Of a DNA stretch of 64,000 nt, positions 11,944 to 24,124 are shown in pieces (position 1 is the first letter of the stretch; each line of letters starts with the position of its first letter). The notes under the pieces are model-generated. The model did no database searches. It worked only from the letters and a program-made list of their open reading frames with translations, and was not told where the DNA came from. The stretch is taken from contig NC_043014.1 in the NCBI RefSeq assembly GCF_006345805.1, positions 37,944,001 through 38,008,000 on the forward strand. Direction: 5' to 3'. Made by a program: the position numbers and the translations under genes. This DNA is from Octopus sinensis (taxonomy: Eukaryota).

Positions 11944-12654
11944 GGACCTCCTTTGGCTCTACCTGCTCGAGATCCGAAACCGAATCTAGAAATTCTCTCT
12001 AGTCATACAGCCTTGTATCCTATCAAAGGGAACGATGATCTATGTGTTTTTCACTTGACACATGGATTTTCTGTGAAATGGAAAGTTCAGATAGATAACG
12101 AATGACCTACATTAATTCAGCCACAGTTATGATGGTATATCCTTAGCTATATCCACAGTTATAATGGTATAGTCTTAGCTAGTCTGCACAATTATAGATA
12201 CCAGCATTTTGTGAGGAAAAGGCAGCGGGTGAGAGGGACCCACAGAGAGCAGGCCAACCGACTCGAAATACTTTCTTAACATAGCGTCATAGAAGGACAG
12301 CTATGGAATCCACTAGCGATATAGTTGTCTTGTCCACCCTTCTCTTACTTTCTCACTCACTCTCTTTCATTTCAACATCACTCGCGCCATTTAGTTACTG
12401 CTGGTAGAACGACTGGGAATGTGGGAATATGTAAGTCCAACGCTATCTACCCTTTTACAAGAAAATATAACTCTCGTTACCTCCTATGCTTTCCGACTGT
12501 TTTTATACACGCCTACCTGTCGGAGAAATGAATATGCTACCTACAACTGCGGACACTGTCCTTCTTTCACGGAATCTTCATCTGCAGCACAACTTTTTTT
12601 CACATTCGACAACCACATCTGTTACATATACACACACATGCATACAGTTTTGAA

Positions 12655-12775
12655 TATCGTGGCTGTGTGGTAAAGGAGCTTGCTTCTGAACCACATAATT
12701 TTGTGTTCAGTCCCATTGTGTGGCACCTTGGGCAAATGTGTGTTCTACTATAATCTCGAGCCGATCAAAACCTTC
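12655..12775 (+). mobile_element. SINE family A head, abutting the truncated end of the PLE
   Basis: gtggctgtgtggtaaaggagcttgct...gttcagtcccattgtgtggcaccttgggcaa. It supplies the spurious C-terminus of ORF 12707-13291. Confidence 0.85.
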
Positions 12776-12777
12776 TG

Positions 12778-14290
12778 TACTGTTCAGTAATACTTCTTTT
12801 GACTGGAGTAATTTCATAAACTCAGTAGTGCATAACAAGCACATTTTATTACCTATTCTATATGACTTCGCTCTACTAATGATATTCCAGTTCAGGGTGT
12901 ATTCTATTTTTTCATATTTTAGTTCCCATATATATTTACTTAGACCTGTCGAATAACTTAATTTGGGATTTTTAAAGGATTGATAATGCTGGAAAATTCT
13001 TCTTTTAATTTCATTCGCTGTGGATCCTATATATTCTTTTTTCTTATTATTATTAGAGGTTACAGTACATTTATAAATTACATTATCTTGGTTGCAACCA
13101 TTATTAAGTTTACATTTTGATTTATCTTTACATGTGCGTTTATTTAGTATAAGGTTATACTTTTTGTTTGTTATATTTCTTCCGTAGCTATCATTAGTAT
13201 CAATTAAATTGTTATTATAGGATTTATTTAATTTGACGTTGTTTATAGAGGATATAATATTACTAACGTTTCTTGTCGTTGAATATCCCACTCTGATAGT
13301 TTTTTTTTTGAGAATAATTTCGAATACTCTTTATTCTTTCTAAGGGATATTTTTATTATGTTCAGAATCAGAATTTCTTTAATCAAGTTAGTTTTGATTT
13401 GGACCCCATAAGGGATAATTAACCATATAATTTATTATTAATATTATTATTACTATAATTCATCCTATTATTATTGTTCATTGTCAGTGTATTCTCCGTG
13501 GGTATATAATAATTATGCATATTTCCATTCGAATTCTTTTTGGTATTATCCTTACTATGATCATTTTTATTAATATTATTTTTATTTATACTTATATTAT
13601 ATTTATCTTTGCTTCTTTCCTTATATTGTTTATTATTATCTTTGCTATTACCTCTATAGTTAGTTTGAGCATTAGTAGGATTCCTAGTATTATTATTTGG
13701 TCTGTAATTATTATAGAATTTAATTTTCGTATTATATCCGGCTTCTTTTAATACACTATTATAGTAAGGGGCATGTTTATTAAAAGTATCTATATCAGAA
13801 GATAACATGGAAATTCTTTTACCTATATTTTCTATTAGTGCTTGTTTGACTGAGCTAGGATGGTTGCTATGGGCATTAATGTACTTTAGGTTCTCGTTTA
13901 ATTTATGGAATGCTTGGGTTCCATTGGTTACTAAGTTTAGGTTTTCATCGTTGTAGTTAACCGCGGAATGCTCTTTCTCTATACATATATCTAGACCATC
14001 ATTCTTTAAAAAATTATATAGTTTTTTGTTTATATTTTCTAATGATCTATTAGTGCAGTTTTTTCGTTATCAGGTGTAGGTCGGCCCTATAAAGACATCC
14101 TTCTAAGTTAAGATGTTCTAACCCAAGTTCAGATAATAGGTATATTCCTACTAAATCTGTTATTTGTGCAGAGTCTGGGCCCCCCCATCGGTATATCGAA
14201 GCAATCCCCTGTGTCCTTCCTAGCCCATAGTTTATTTTTATATCTGATTAGGGATTTCCTCGCCGTAAGTACTACATTAACTTCCTCATA
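12778..14290 (-). mobile_element. Penelope-like element (Naiad-type): C-terminal half of RT plus GIY-YIG endonuclease, pseudogenised
   Basis: Minus strand: EEVNVVLTARKSLI...CFDIPMGGPDSAQITDLVGIYLL, LYRAD at the YRDD position, and thumb LSSDIDTFNKHAPYYNSVLKEAGY. The endonuclease reads C..KSKC.LNNGC...VIYKC...YIGST..IKRRIFQH..SF...TGLSKYIW.LK...W.I...Y.....CLLC..E. Contains frameshifts and stops. Confidence 0.88.
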
Positions 14291-14725
14291 GGAAGAGAAG
14301 GGGAATAAAATGCCAACACAAAAATAGATTTACGCATAATAAAATGAAAAATATATGAAATGATACCCCTTCCAGTATGTAATCACTTAAACAATTAAGA
14401 GGAAGATAGTTAAACGTAGTTTTAATAGAATATATAATAGTATTAGATACCTAAAAACAAGAATAAATGAAAAGAATATTACCTTAAAAAGGATTAGACA
14501 GGCCACATATAAAATAAAATAAATCTCTAAATCTTTAACACTACAAAAAATCTAATTATACCTGAAGATAAGAGTATCTTATTATTATCTCCCCTTGAAT
14601 TCAACCTCTCAAATAATATTCGTCTTAAAGAGTAAGCACATAAATGCGAAACAAGATGGAAAAAATAGTACTCGAATACCAGAGGTGGAGTAGTATGCTT
14701 TATTAAAAATCAGAAAAAAATATCA

Positions 14726-14774
14726 CAAAAATTGTTACTCAGAGGTTCACGTTCTCGTTCGTCGGACAGTTTTG
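14726..14774 (-). ncRNA. Hammerhead-like motif (C4 core variant, GAAA reads GAAC)
   Basis: Minus strand: aaaactgt-CCGACGA-acg-agaa-cgt-GAAC-ctc-t-gag-TA-acaatttt. All three stems are present. A plus-strand start of the same motif (CCGACGAacggaa) lies at 15033. Confidence 0.55.
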
Positions 14775-16604
14775 TCAGTTTTATACATGTTTAAAACTTT
14801 ACCTGAAGATGGTGGATTTATGTTTTGATGGAGACCCACAAAAATCTAGCCGTAAATATCAGTATTGATTGCCTGATAATTGTAGTATTGCATGTTTGTC
14901 ATAAAATATTATGATAAGACTATAGGTATATAAGGTGGTATCTGATTAAAATTTCTCTACTGGGAGAGCATATACGAATGTTAGTCTTACTGAATAAATT
15001 GTATAGAGAACAGTTTTTTTGATGAAAATTAGCCGACGAACGGAAGTTTCAACAAAAAGCCACAAGCAGACTATGCACGTACATAAGTTGTTGGGAGAGC
15101 GAATACAAACGGCTTATAAACGTCTATGTACGTATTTCACATCCTTGCAAATTTTCATATTTTAGAAAGCAAATAGTATAACTATGAATTGACGGAAGCA
15201 AGACAAAGGAAAAACGTATGTGCGCGCGTATTTATTTATGTACAAGCTACTGATGGATGGACAAATAAAACATTCGTGTAGAATGTGGCTTTGGGTTGAA
15301 ATGGATTTCATTTTATATGTACATATCTCAAATATTCGTCTAATTAACAATTTGGTTAACAAACAAGACTCCCGAACGGATCGTATTCATATATAAAGAC
15401 CTCACTGCATACTTTTATACCGCCACATTTTCTTATCATTCCATTAAACGATTGACACTACTGTAGAACATGGGGGCCATCGCTTTACTGTGATGTATTC
15501 AATAATAATTAGAAGATATCGAAAACATTATCGAGAGTGTAAATTGATCTATTACATTGTGTAATATGATTTTTGTCCTTTGGTGGCACTTGTAATTTTC
15601 TATTTGCTTACTCCAAAAAATTAGGATAAATAGGTAATATTTCCTTCAAACTTTGCTTTTGTTACATTTATTCAAACCCCAAAGGATCTCTCAATACATG
15701 GCTATCATGTTCCCCCCCCACTACTCCCGCATATATATATCAGAGGTGCATATATTGTCAGCCTCTAAGAGACATGCTCAAGTGGTTCAGGTCAAGCAAC
15801 TGACAAGCAAATCTGTGGCATTGAGCAGAATATTTGCTATAACAATATTTCTGCTTCAGCAAGTCAGTGCTGAATCTATCTGAAATGTAATGGAAAATAG
15901 GTCCGTTTCAATACATTGATGTCCAGGTGACAAAAGCAAAGTTTGAAGGGAATAGTTGGCATTTCCTTTGATTTCTAGATAGAAGCAAATAAGAAATAAC
16001 ACTGACCAAAGACAATAAATAAATAAATAAAAATGTTGTTACACATTGTTATCGAATACTTTTATTCTTTAAATACTTTCAGTGTTGAATGTTTTCGTTG
16101 TTTCAATACAAAAGTATATAATGAGAACAATGAATATCTTTGAAATAACGAGACTATTAATTCTCAAAAGCAGGTTAGCTTTTAGTTCATTTGACATTAA
16201 TTATTCGGTCGATCAGCTGGCAATGCATATAACTACATTTAAACCCATATTTCTCAGGTATCCAACTCATATTTCTATTCATTTGTATTATTTTTATTAG
16301 TTATTTTAAAATACAATCTTGACATTAAGTAATGGACGTTTTTAACTAGCACCCAAACGGCTGATGTTCTTTCTTTACATATTATTTCTTTACATATTTA
16401 TAGCTTTGTGCCAATGTTGAAGTCAGTATTAAGTAGAAAAGAAATATTTTAAGTGAATTAGACAATAAGCATAAACTATTGACTGTTCTCATTATCAATA
16501 CGCAAGGTCAGATTTTGCAAGGCGAAGAGAAGTCAATATAGATTTATTTTATATACCTGCAGTATATACGCACGTGTATAAGTAGGTATGCCTCTTCTAT
16601 CTTT

Positions 16605-17988
16605 TAAATATAAATCTTCCACTGAGGAGAGAGCCGGTTTCCAATAAAGATACACAGCTCCGTCTTTGGGATGTCACTAACATAGAAAAATTCACATTTG
16701 GAACTTGAGAAAAGTCTTGTATATTTTTACTGTTCCACTTACTGATTGCACATGTAACGTGCGAATTAGCCGGTCGATTTCTCTTTTTGAAAATCCTAGT
16801 TTATCCAGATTCTCCTTTAAGCATTTAGTAACAAAACCTGGTGTTCTAATTATTATTGGTATGAATATGAATTCATAGTCTGGATATAAAAGCTGGTGGT
16901 TTCGAAGCAGTTGTTCATAGATATCCTCTTTTTCTTTGATTTTCAAAGAGATATTTATATCTGCAGAGCAGGTAACCTCTATGATGGTACATACCTTTGC
17001 CCCTCTGTCCCAAACAACAATATCCGGCCTGTTATGTTTACATTTGACAGAAGTTTTGACTGGAATATTTCACCAGTATTCCTTGAGTTGGTGTTTATGA
17101 ATGTATTCCATAACAGAGGGATTTTTAAAGTTTATTTCAGGATAGTCTTTTTTTTTTTTGTGGATGGCATTGTAAATTGTTTTAGCAACAACATCGTGCA
17201 GTATAGGGAGGTAGTACCGTGATGACATTTTAGGACAGCTACTAATCACATATGCGACGTCTTCCACAGAAACATGACATAACCTACACATGCGGTTGCA
17301 CCTTGGGATTACAAAAGCTTCACTGTCTCTCTTGTTCACCAGGTACATTATGGAAATCTGTTCCTGGATTGCAACGCATAGCCTTCAAAACATGATGTGA
17401 TGTAGCGGTCTTGTGTCCAAGAGAGGCTGTGCTTCGTGTCAATTCTGCCGTCTTTTTCAAGCTTCCGGGCAACATACTCATGCATATTCATTTTTTTGTA
17501 TGCTGAGTGCTTTCCATCCAGGTCTTCTCTGAGGTAAGAGAGCTCAGCTGTTTTGGGGCTGTATAGGAAATCATCAGGAAGAGAGTGCTTCTTGAGGAGT
17601 TCACTGCGAATTCGTACAATGTTGCTCACATCACTTTTCAGCACTGCGTTTATATATTTATTTTTGCTGCTGTTGTTTAGCAGGTGCTGCTTGAGAGATA
17701 CCATACTGCATTCGAAGGCCGTCTGTACTGATCTCAGGCCTTTACCACCTTTGTTTCTTCTTAGGTAGAGCCTGTCAACATCACTGCTTCTGCGGAAGTT
17801 CCCAGTTGTTGTCAGGATTTTGCGGGTTTTGATATCTATGAAGTGGATTTCCTCTACAGACCAATCAAGTATCCCAAATCAGAACTGGTACTGCAAATGC
17901 ATTGTGGGATAGTGTTTTGATGTAAGAGGAGAGTTCCGACTGCCATATTTTCCTAAGTCTGGTGCAATATTTTCGGATCACTCTATCT
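16605..17988 (-). mobile_element. 5'-truncated RLE-type non-LTR retrotransposon (R4/Dong-like), pseudogenised
   Basis: RLRKIWQSELSS..K...NAFAVPVL, LYL.RNKGGKGL, zinc knuckle CRLCHVSVEDVAYVISSC, HDVVAK, NRPDIVVWD restriction-like endonuclease, and C-terminus GTVKIYKTFLKF. Multiple frameshifts. Confidence 0.85.
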
Positions 17989-19284
17989 TTGTATGTATGT
18001 ACGTGTATGTATGTATGTATGTATGTATGTATGTATGTATGTATAATATGCATACAGATGTGTGTGTGTATGTGTGTGTGTTTTCCCGATGGGTAGAATG
18101 TCGTATTTTTCGGCCATGGTATGTAGACACTCCCTTGTCAGTAAATCGGTGACTGAACAGTTGAAAACTGCAACCAATGAAACTCTTGTTCATATAAATA
18201 AAATTATTAAGTGAGACGGAAGCAATAGCTTAATGGAATCATTTGATCGAATGACAAAAGCCCTTGCGGCATGTAATTATACTTTTTTTTTACATTCTGA
18301 GTTTAATTCCGACAGAGATTATTTTTTGCCTTTAATAATTAGAGTACAAAGGCCAAAAAACGTCTTTGACCATGACCTGGGAAACAACTCCGAAAGGAAT
18401 TTCTCAACCGTCAACTAGAACTTTTCAACTATCAGCTAGAGAATTAAAAAATATTTTATTTTTATAATATTTTTGTTAATTTTGTAAAATCTCAGAAAAT
18501 AACTAAAAATTCACATTTCTTGTCAAATTATTTTGTTATATTTGTCTATCTATCCAACTGTAAACATTTTAAACATTTCACTAACATTTTGTTATAATTT
18601 GGCAAAGAGGTACATATTTTGCCAAAAATTGCTAAATTTGTTCCCACAGTCTTCTTTATCCATAACCAGAATCGTAAACTTTCTCTTGAAAATATTTCAA
18701 ACTAGTCAAAGTTGAGAGTTTGACAGAGACAGATTTGGGAAGAAATACACTTGACCCTAAATCGCTGGTCAGAAGCTGGAATTTCGAAGAATCCCGTCCA
18801 TATGTCCGCTCTCGCCGTCTGCTCATCCAAAACAGAATTCTCTTAAATATCCCGCTTGGTCTCAAGACGTCACTCCATTTCCCCCTTACTTCCGGAACGT
18901 CACCAACTAGTCACTAAGTTCCTTTCAGGTGCATCATCCTATGTGTCACAATAATTTTACGTGCGATAAAATAGAGTAACTGGAAACGATTGGCAATCCT
19001 AGATATGAATTGTTCTTTTTGTCGGTTAGTCAACAGGGAAGGCAATGCCCATTCACAAAGATGGACAGATTGCTGTAATGGAAATAGGGAGAAAGGTATT
19101 CTCGAACCGAAAGTATGTTCCGAAAACATGCAATAGAGTGGAATCTGCTAAACACAAGAGCTTGACAGCAATGTTAAAATGGGTAAAGAATTAAATACAT
19201 CTCCCACGGAACCCAAGTAATCGACGACAGCATTTCGTCATCAAGACACACGAGGTCGTGACAAAAATTCTTGTCATAATCTCA

Positions 19285-19325
19285 CCAGATTTAGCGGACG
19301 GAAACTGAAAGAAGCCCGTCTTATA

Positions 19326-19368
<43 letters not shown>

Positions 19369-19635
19369 ACGTACTCTCTCTCTCACACACACACGCACTC
19401 ACACACAAGTATATATGTGTGTGCATGTCTTTGTGTGTGTGCCTTTGTACCATCACCACCGCTTTTACAACTGGTGTTAGTTTGTTTAGACCCCCTTAAC
19501 TTAGCAGTCCGACAAAAATTGACTGATGAAATAAGTACAAGGTTTAAACAAAAATCAAGTACTAGGGCCGATTTGTTCAAATAAACCCTTCAAGGCGGGT
19601 ATGGCCGCAGTCGAATGACTGAAACAGATAAAAGC
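19285..19635 (+). mobile_element. SINE family A, headless copy
   Basis: gacggaaactgaaagaagcccgtc, internal CA/TG tract, and tail atggccgcagtcgaatgactgaaaca. Confidence 0.8.
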
Positions 19636-19791
19636 TAGAAGATCAAAAAAGCGTCACATACCGGTTCTATTAAGGACAACAAAATAATTGTGTTGTTTGC
19701 CAAACTGTACTACATATTGTTGTTAAGACTACAACAGATCTATCTAGAAAATGAAGAAGAGAGAGAAAGAGAAAGAGAAAAGAGCTAGAGA

Positions 19792-19823
<32 letters not shown>

Positions 19824-19826
<3 letters not shown>

Positions 19827-20185
19827 AAATAAGAAAATGGAGAAATACATCGAAATAAAATATCAATTACCAGATAATACTCAATCACATACTTTATTAA
19901 ACCACTACATAAGAAACTATAAGGTTAAACATAATAATGCAGGGTAAAACAGTGTACATGAAGGAGTGTACATAAAATAGTAATGTTATACAATAAGTAG
20001 AATACGTATAATAGAACATAAATATAAGTACACTTAAATATAAATATAGACTATATCTTACAGCTGTTTCGGCCATGTAGATAAGCATGTCTCATCTAAC
20101 TCATATTAGCCATTTATGGTAGGTCAATATGTAGTTATAAATGAGACATTTACAAAAACATCCTAAGGCCTCTTCGGAGATTACA
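19824..20185 (-). mobile_element. PLE pseudo-LTR remnant, left copy
   Basis: Reverse complement shares the hammerhead and the terminus (taataaagtat..gattgagtattatctg...tttctccattttct.attttgta) with 22361-22640. Confidence 0.65.
20055..20181 (-). ncRNA. Hammerhead-like motif with a long stem II (C4 core variant)
   Basis: Minus strand: atct-CCGAAGA-ggcc[...atgtctcat...atgagacat...]ggcc-GAAA-cagctg-TA-agat. Confidence 0.6.
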
Positions 20186-20691
20186 AATTAGATTACATAT
20201 ATACTTATAAAGGTGTGGGATATACCATAATAAAACATATACATATACATATGAGTGCATATACTCATACTCATATACATATAAATATAAATATACATAA
20301 TGATATAAATAATAAAAATAATAAACATACACATGCTCCACATTCAATGTCACAGTTTTTCAACTTAATGTGATAATTACAATGTAGAAAACACCACATA
20401 TAATATAATGCAGATATAGAGAGTCAAGATTACTTTCTATTAGTTCTTATTAATTTCCAAAATGTCAGTATATTGGATATATAGTATCCCATGGTGGGTT
20501 GCATTTACAACACCTATCTCAATTTATATATATATATATATATATATACCCACAACAATAACAATAATAACGACAACCAATTACCTCCCTTTATTTATCT
20601 ACTTGTGAAGTCATTCACCCGTGAATTTCATCACACGCAACATGGACGAAATTTCTTAAGAAAATATATATATTCAAATAAATAAAACATA

Positions 20692-20726
20692 ATATCATGA
20701 ATAGCAATAGCGAAACCGGTCGATAT
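20692..20726 (+). ncRNA. 35-nt minimal hammerhead-like motif with A3-U8 core covariation
   Basis: atatc-ATGAATA-gc-aata-gc-GAAA-ccgg-TC-gatat. Perfect 5-bp stem I, 2-bp stem II, palindromic CCGG, and a GUC triplet. Confidence 0.55.
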
Positions 20727-20757
20727 GTTAAAAATTATATTAAAACTATGTAAGTGT

Positions 20758-22055
20758 GCTCATCTAGGACTCTTGACAGGAAGATGTCCAGCTTTGATTT
20801 CAAAACCGCTACATCTACTTTGTGCAAGTTCCTTAGACTCTTTGGGAGAATATTAAAAAGTTGTGGGCCCTTGAAACCCAGGCTGTTGCAGAAGCTGGTC
20901 CTGAAGCGTGATGGCATTGCTGGGATCTTTGGCACTATGCAGTGTCGTCCCGTTCTAGCATTGGTGTAGCTTACAATGCCAAAATTTGGCACAATTCCTT
21001 CCAGGATCTTCCAGACATATATTACTACATACCTCTCCCGTCTTCTCTCCAGGGAGTAGAATCTTAGCTGTTTCAACCTTTCCCAGTAGCTGAGCTGTTG
21101 CAAAGAGACGATCTTCTTTGTGAATCTTCTCTGGATTGCTTCAAGGTCCGCTGTTAATTTTACACTGGTGGGTGACCATAGCTGTGAGCAGTAATCCAGG
21201 CGACTGAAGACGAATGTCCGCCAGAGGACCATCATGGTTTCCTTATCTCTGGTTCTGAATGTTCTTAGGATCCACCCAGCCAGTCGTCTGCACTTTGTCG
21301 CCATCCTGGTAATGTACACTTGGAAAGAGGTATCATCACTCATGTCGATACCCAGGTCCCTCACAGACTTAGGCTCTGGGATTGAAATTCCTTGTGGACC
21401 GGTGTATCCTGTAAGTTTAATATTCAGTTTTGGATGCTGTTAGCGCAGGACCATCTGTAGACTGAGTCCAACTCCTGCTGCAGGTGTGCAACATCGCTGC
21501 GGTTCTGTATTTTCTGCGAGACTTTCGTATCGTCTGCATAGCTGGCCAGAGTGGCTATCCGGGCATTTGAGGGCATATCTGAGAAGGCCAATATAAAAAG
21601 CAGTGGTCCCAAGACAGTGCCCTGTGGAACACTGCTCACTATTTGTGTGTTCATAGAGGTGGCTCCATTAACCACTACTGCCTGACTCCTATCTTTCAGG
21701 AAGTCATGCAACCACACTCCAAGTTTTCCAGCTATGCCGAGGTCACGTAGTTTGTGGCATATCATACCATGATCCACCTTGTCAAAAGCTTTTGCAAAAT
21801 CAAGGTAGATTACGTCCACATTTGATTTGTTGAGTAACTGCCTCAACACCCAGTCATAATGCTGTATGAGCTGGGTCAGGCAGCTCCTACCTGGTCGAAA
21901 ACCATGCTGGGTATTACTCAGCAAGTTATTTTCCTCAAGGAATGAGATTAGTTTCTTTCTGACTATCCTTTCCATGACTTTGCTGATGTGTGAAGTCAGA
22001 GAGATAGGCCTATAGTTTTTGGCATCTGCTCTACTTCCCCCTTTATGTATTGGGC

Positions 22056-22058
<3 letters not shown>
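20758..22058 (-). mobile_element. CR1/Crack-like LINE reverse transcriptase, 5'-truncated and frameshifted
   Basis: PIHKGG...NYRPISLTS, QHGFRPGRSC, YLDFAKAFDKVDH, SVPQGTVLGPLLF, YADD, RDLGI, SRLDYCSQLWSP, YWERLKQL..YSLERRRERY. Frameshift near 21420. Confidence 0.92.
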
Positions 22059-22100
<42 letters not shown>

Positions 22101-22360
22101 CTGTTTTTTTTTATATATATATGTCTGCTTTAAATTTAAATGTGAGTGTACATGTATTTCCTTGATGTTAGTTATGGAACTAGGAGTCCAATATGGAAAA
22201 TAACTGTGTTTGTTAATGTATACTGATATATTTTGTTTATATTGTATTATTGTATTAATGTGTATATATATATGTGTAGAATTATGAGTGTCTATGCACA
22301 CATTTTTATATTTTATATTTTTATATTTATATGTAAATTTTTTTCACACTTATATTAAAT

Positions 22361-22471
22361 TCTCTGAAGAGGCCGTGAGACATCATTGTTAATGTCTCAT
22401 TTATACCTGCTTTATATGGCTAATAGGTTAAATGAGACATACTTGTCCTCACGGCCGTAACAACTGTCAGA
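22361..22471 (+). ncRNA. Hammerhead-like motif with a long stem II (GAAA reads GTAA)
   Basis: tct-CTGAAGA-ggccgtgag[...atgtctcattt...aaatgagacat...]ctcacggcc-GTAA-caactg-TC-aga, with perfect 9-bp and 11-bp stems. Confidence 0.6.
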
Positions 22472-22638
22472 TATGATGTAATTGTATTTTATATTTCTAT
22501 TTCCATGTCTAGTTATATTTACAATATATTATGTATAATGTCTTTGCTGTTATGTAATGGTGTAATAAAGTATTGATTGAGTATTATCTGATGGTTGATG
22601 ATTGATTGATTTAAGTATGTTTCTCCATTTTCTCATTT

Positions 22639-22640
<2 letters not shown>
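22361..22640 (+). mobile_element. PLE pseudo-LTR remnant, right copy
   Basis: Same family as 19824-20185 in the opposite orientation. Ends at (TA)n. Confidence 0.65.
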
Positions 22641-22699
<59 letters not shown>

Positions 22700-23264
22700 A
22701 TGAGAGAAAGAGAGAGAGAGAAAGAGAGAGAGAGAGAAGAGAGAGCGAGAGAAGGAGAGAGGAGCGAGAGAAAATAAATACACACACGCACACACATATA
22801 TAGAGGGAAAGAGAGAGAGAGAAAGAGAGAGGGAGAGAGAGAATGAGAGAGAGAGAACGAGAGAGAGAGAGAGAGATGCATAACATATATGAGAAGTGGA
22901 GCAAATGTGGGACAGGGTAGAAGTTGAGAACAATATTCCATAACTATGACGAAATCGATAATGGCCATTGCTTTGTAGGAAACAATAGAAACAGCTGTTT
23001 CATAACGAATGGATTTGTGCTAATTTAATTTATCATAAACGGCCTGGTTCGTACATCAGGGTTTTTTAATTATGACTGTAAAAGAAAAAAAAAGGGTTGT
23101 AAAGAGAAACGAAAGAGAAAACATAAATAAAGAAACAATTATAAAAGGACATGAATACCATTTGTTATTTATTTAAATGTGAAGAGGACTGCTTCTGTCA
23201 GCTTTTCGAGGTATGGTGTTTCGTGTGTCATTCTTCCTGCCGAGGATTTGAGTTACCCTTTGTA

Positions 23265-23314
<50 letters not shown>

Positions 23315-23518
23315 GCACACACGCACGCACGCACACACGCACACACGCACACACAGGAGCACAAAAACTCACGCGCATATTTGAACATAGAAGTCCCCCA
23401 CAGGCAACAAGAAGCGTACATACGTGCGGACATATGTATGAACTGTATATATCTATAAGCAAATATGAAACTGTGTGAGTTGTGTTTGTGGGGAATATGT
23501 GGCTGGTTGGGTGTGTGA

Positions 23519-23617
<99 letters not shown>

Positions 23618-24124
23618 CGTATGGAAGACCAAGTATGACATTTAGTTTTTCAATATTTATCATATTCTAAATACCACACACTTGGGATTGGGGTTTCGTG
23701 TCCAATTACAACAACTAAAAATATTTACTAACTGCTTTGAAACCTTCAATATATATATAAGTACACACACACACACATTAGGGGTGTTCTCATTTTATTT
23801 TTTTTTTTTGCAATTTTTCTTCAATACAGAAACAGAGAAAGAACTGTCTTTAAACCTAAGTAAATCTGGTCATTCGTTGAAATTTAGACACCATCGACTA
23901 CAAAGGCGTCACTTACTTTAAAAACGAAAATGTACTGATGAATAAATTCTAATTTTTACCGTTAATTTAACCATTGATGATTTAAGCTTATTTATACGGA
24001 TAAAAATTAAATAAGTTGAAACATTTAAAATTAATCTTACGTACCTTTTAATAGTCTCAATAGCTTCTCTTAATTTAAGATAAAAAATTAAAAGTGTATA
24101 TTAAATAAGGTAAGTAAGATCTCT

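Noticed and set aside
12778-13291. Selenocysteine-type in-frame UGA, reported for some Naiad PLEs
   Set aside because: The endonuclease frame is open with ordinary Cys codons and contains no UGA.
22985-23062. gaaacagctgtttc palindrome with a nearby minus-strand ctgatg
   Set aside because: No convincing stem I or II, so it was not called a ribozyme.
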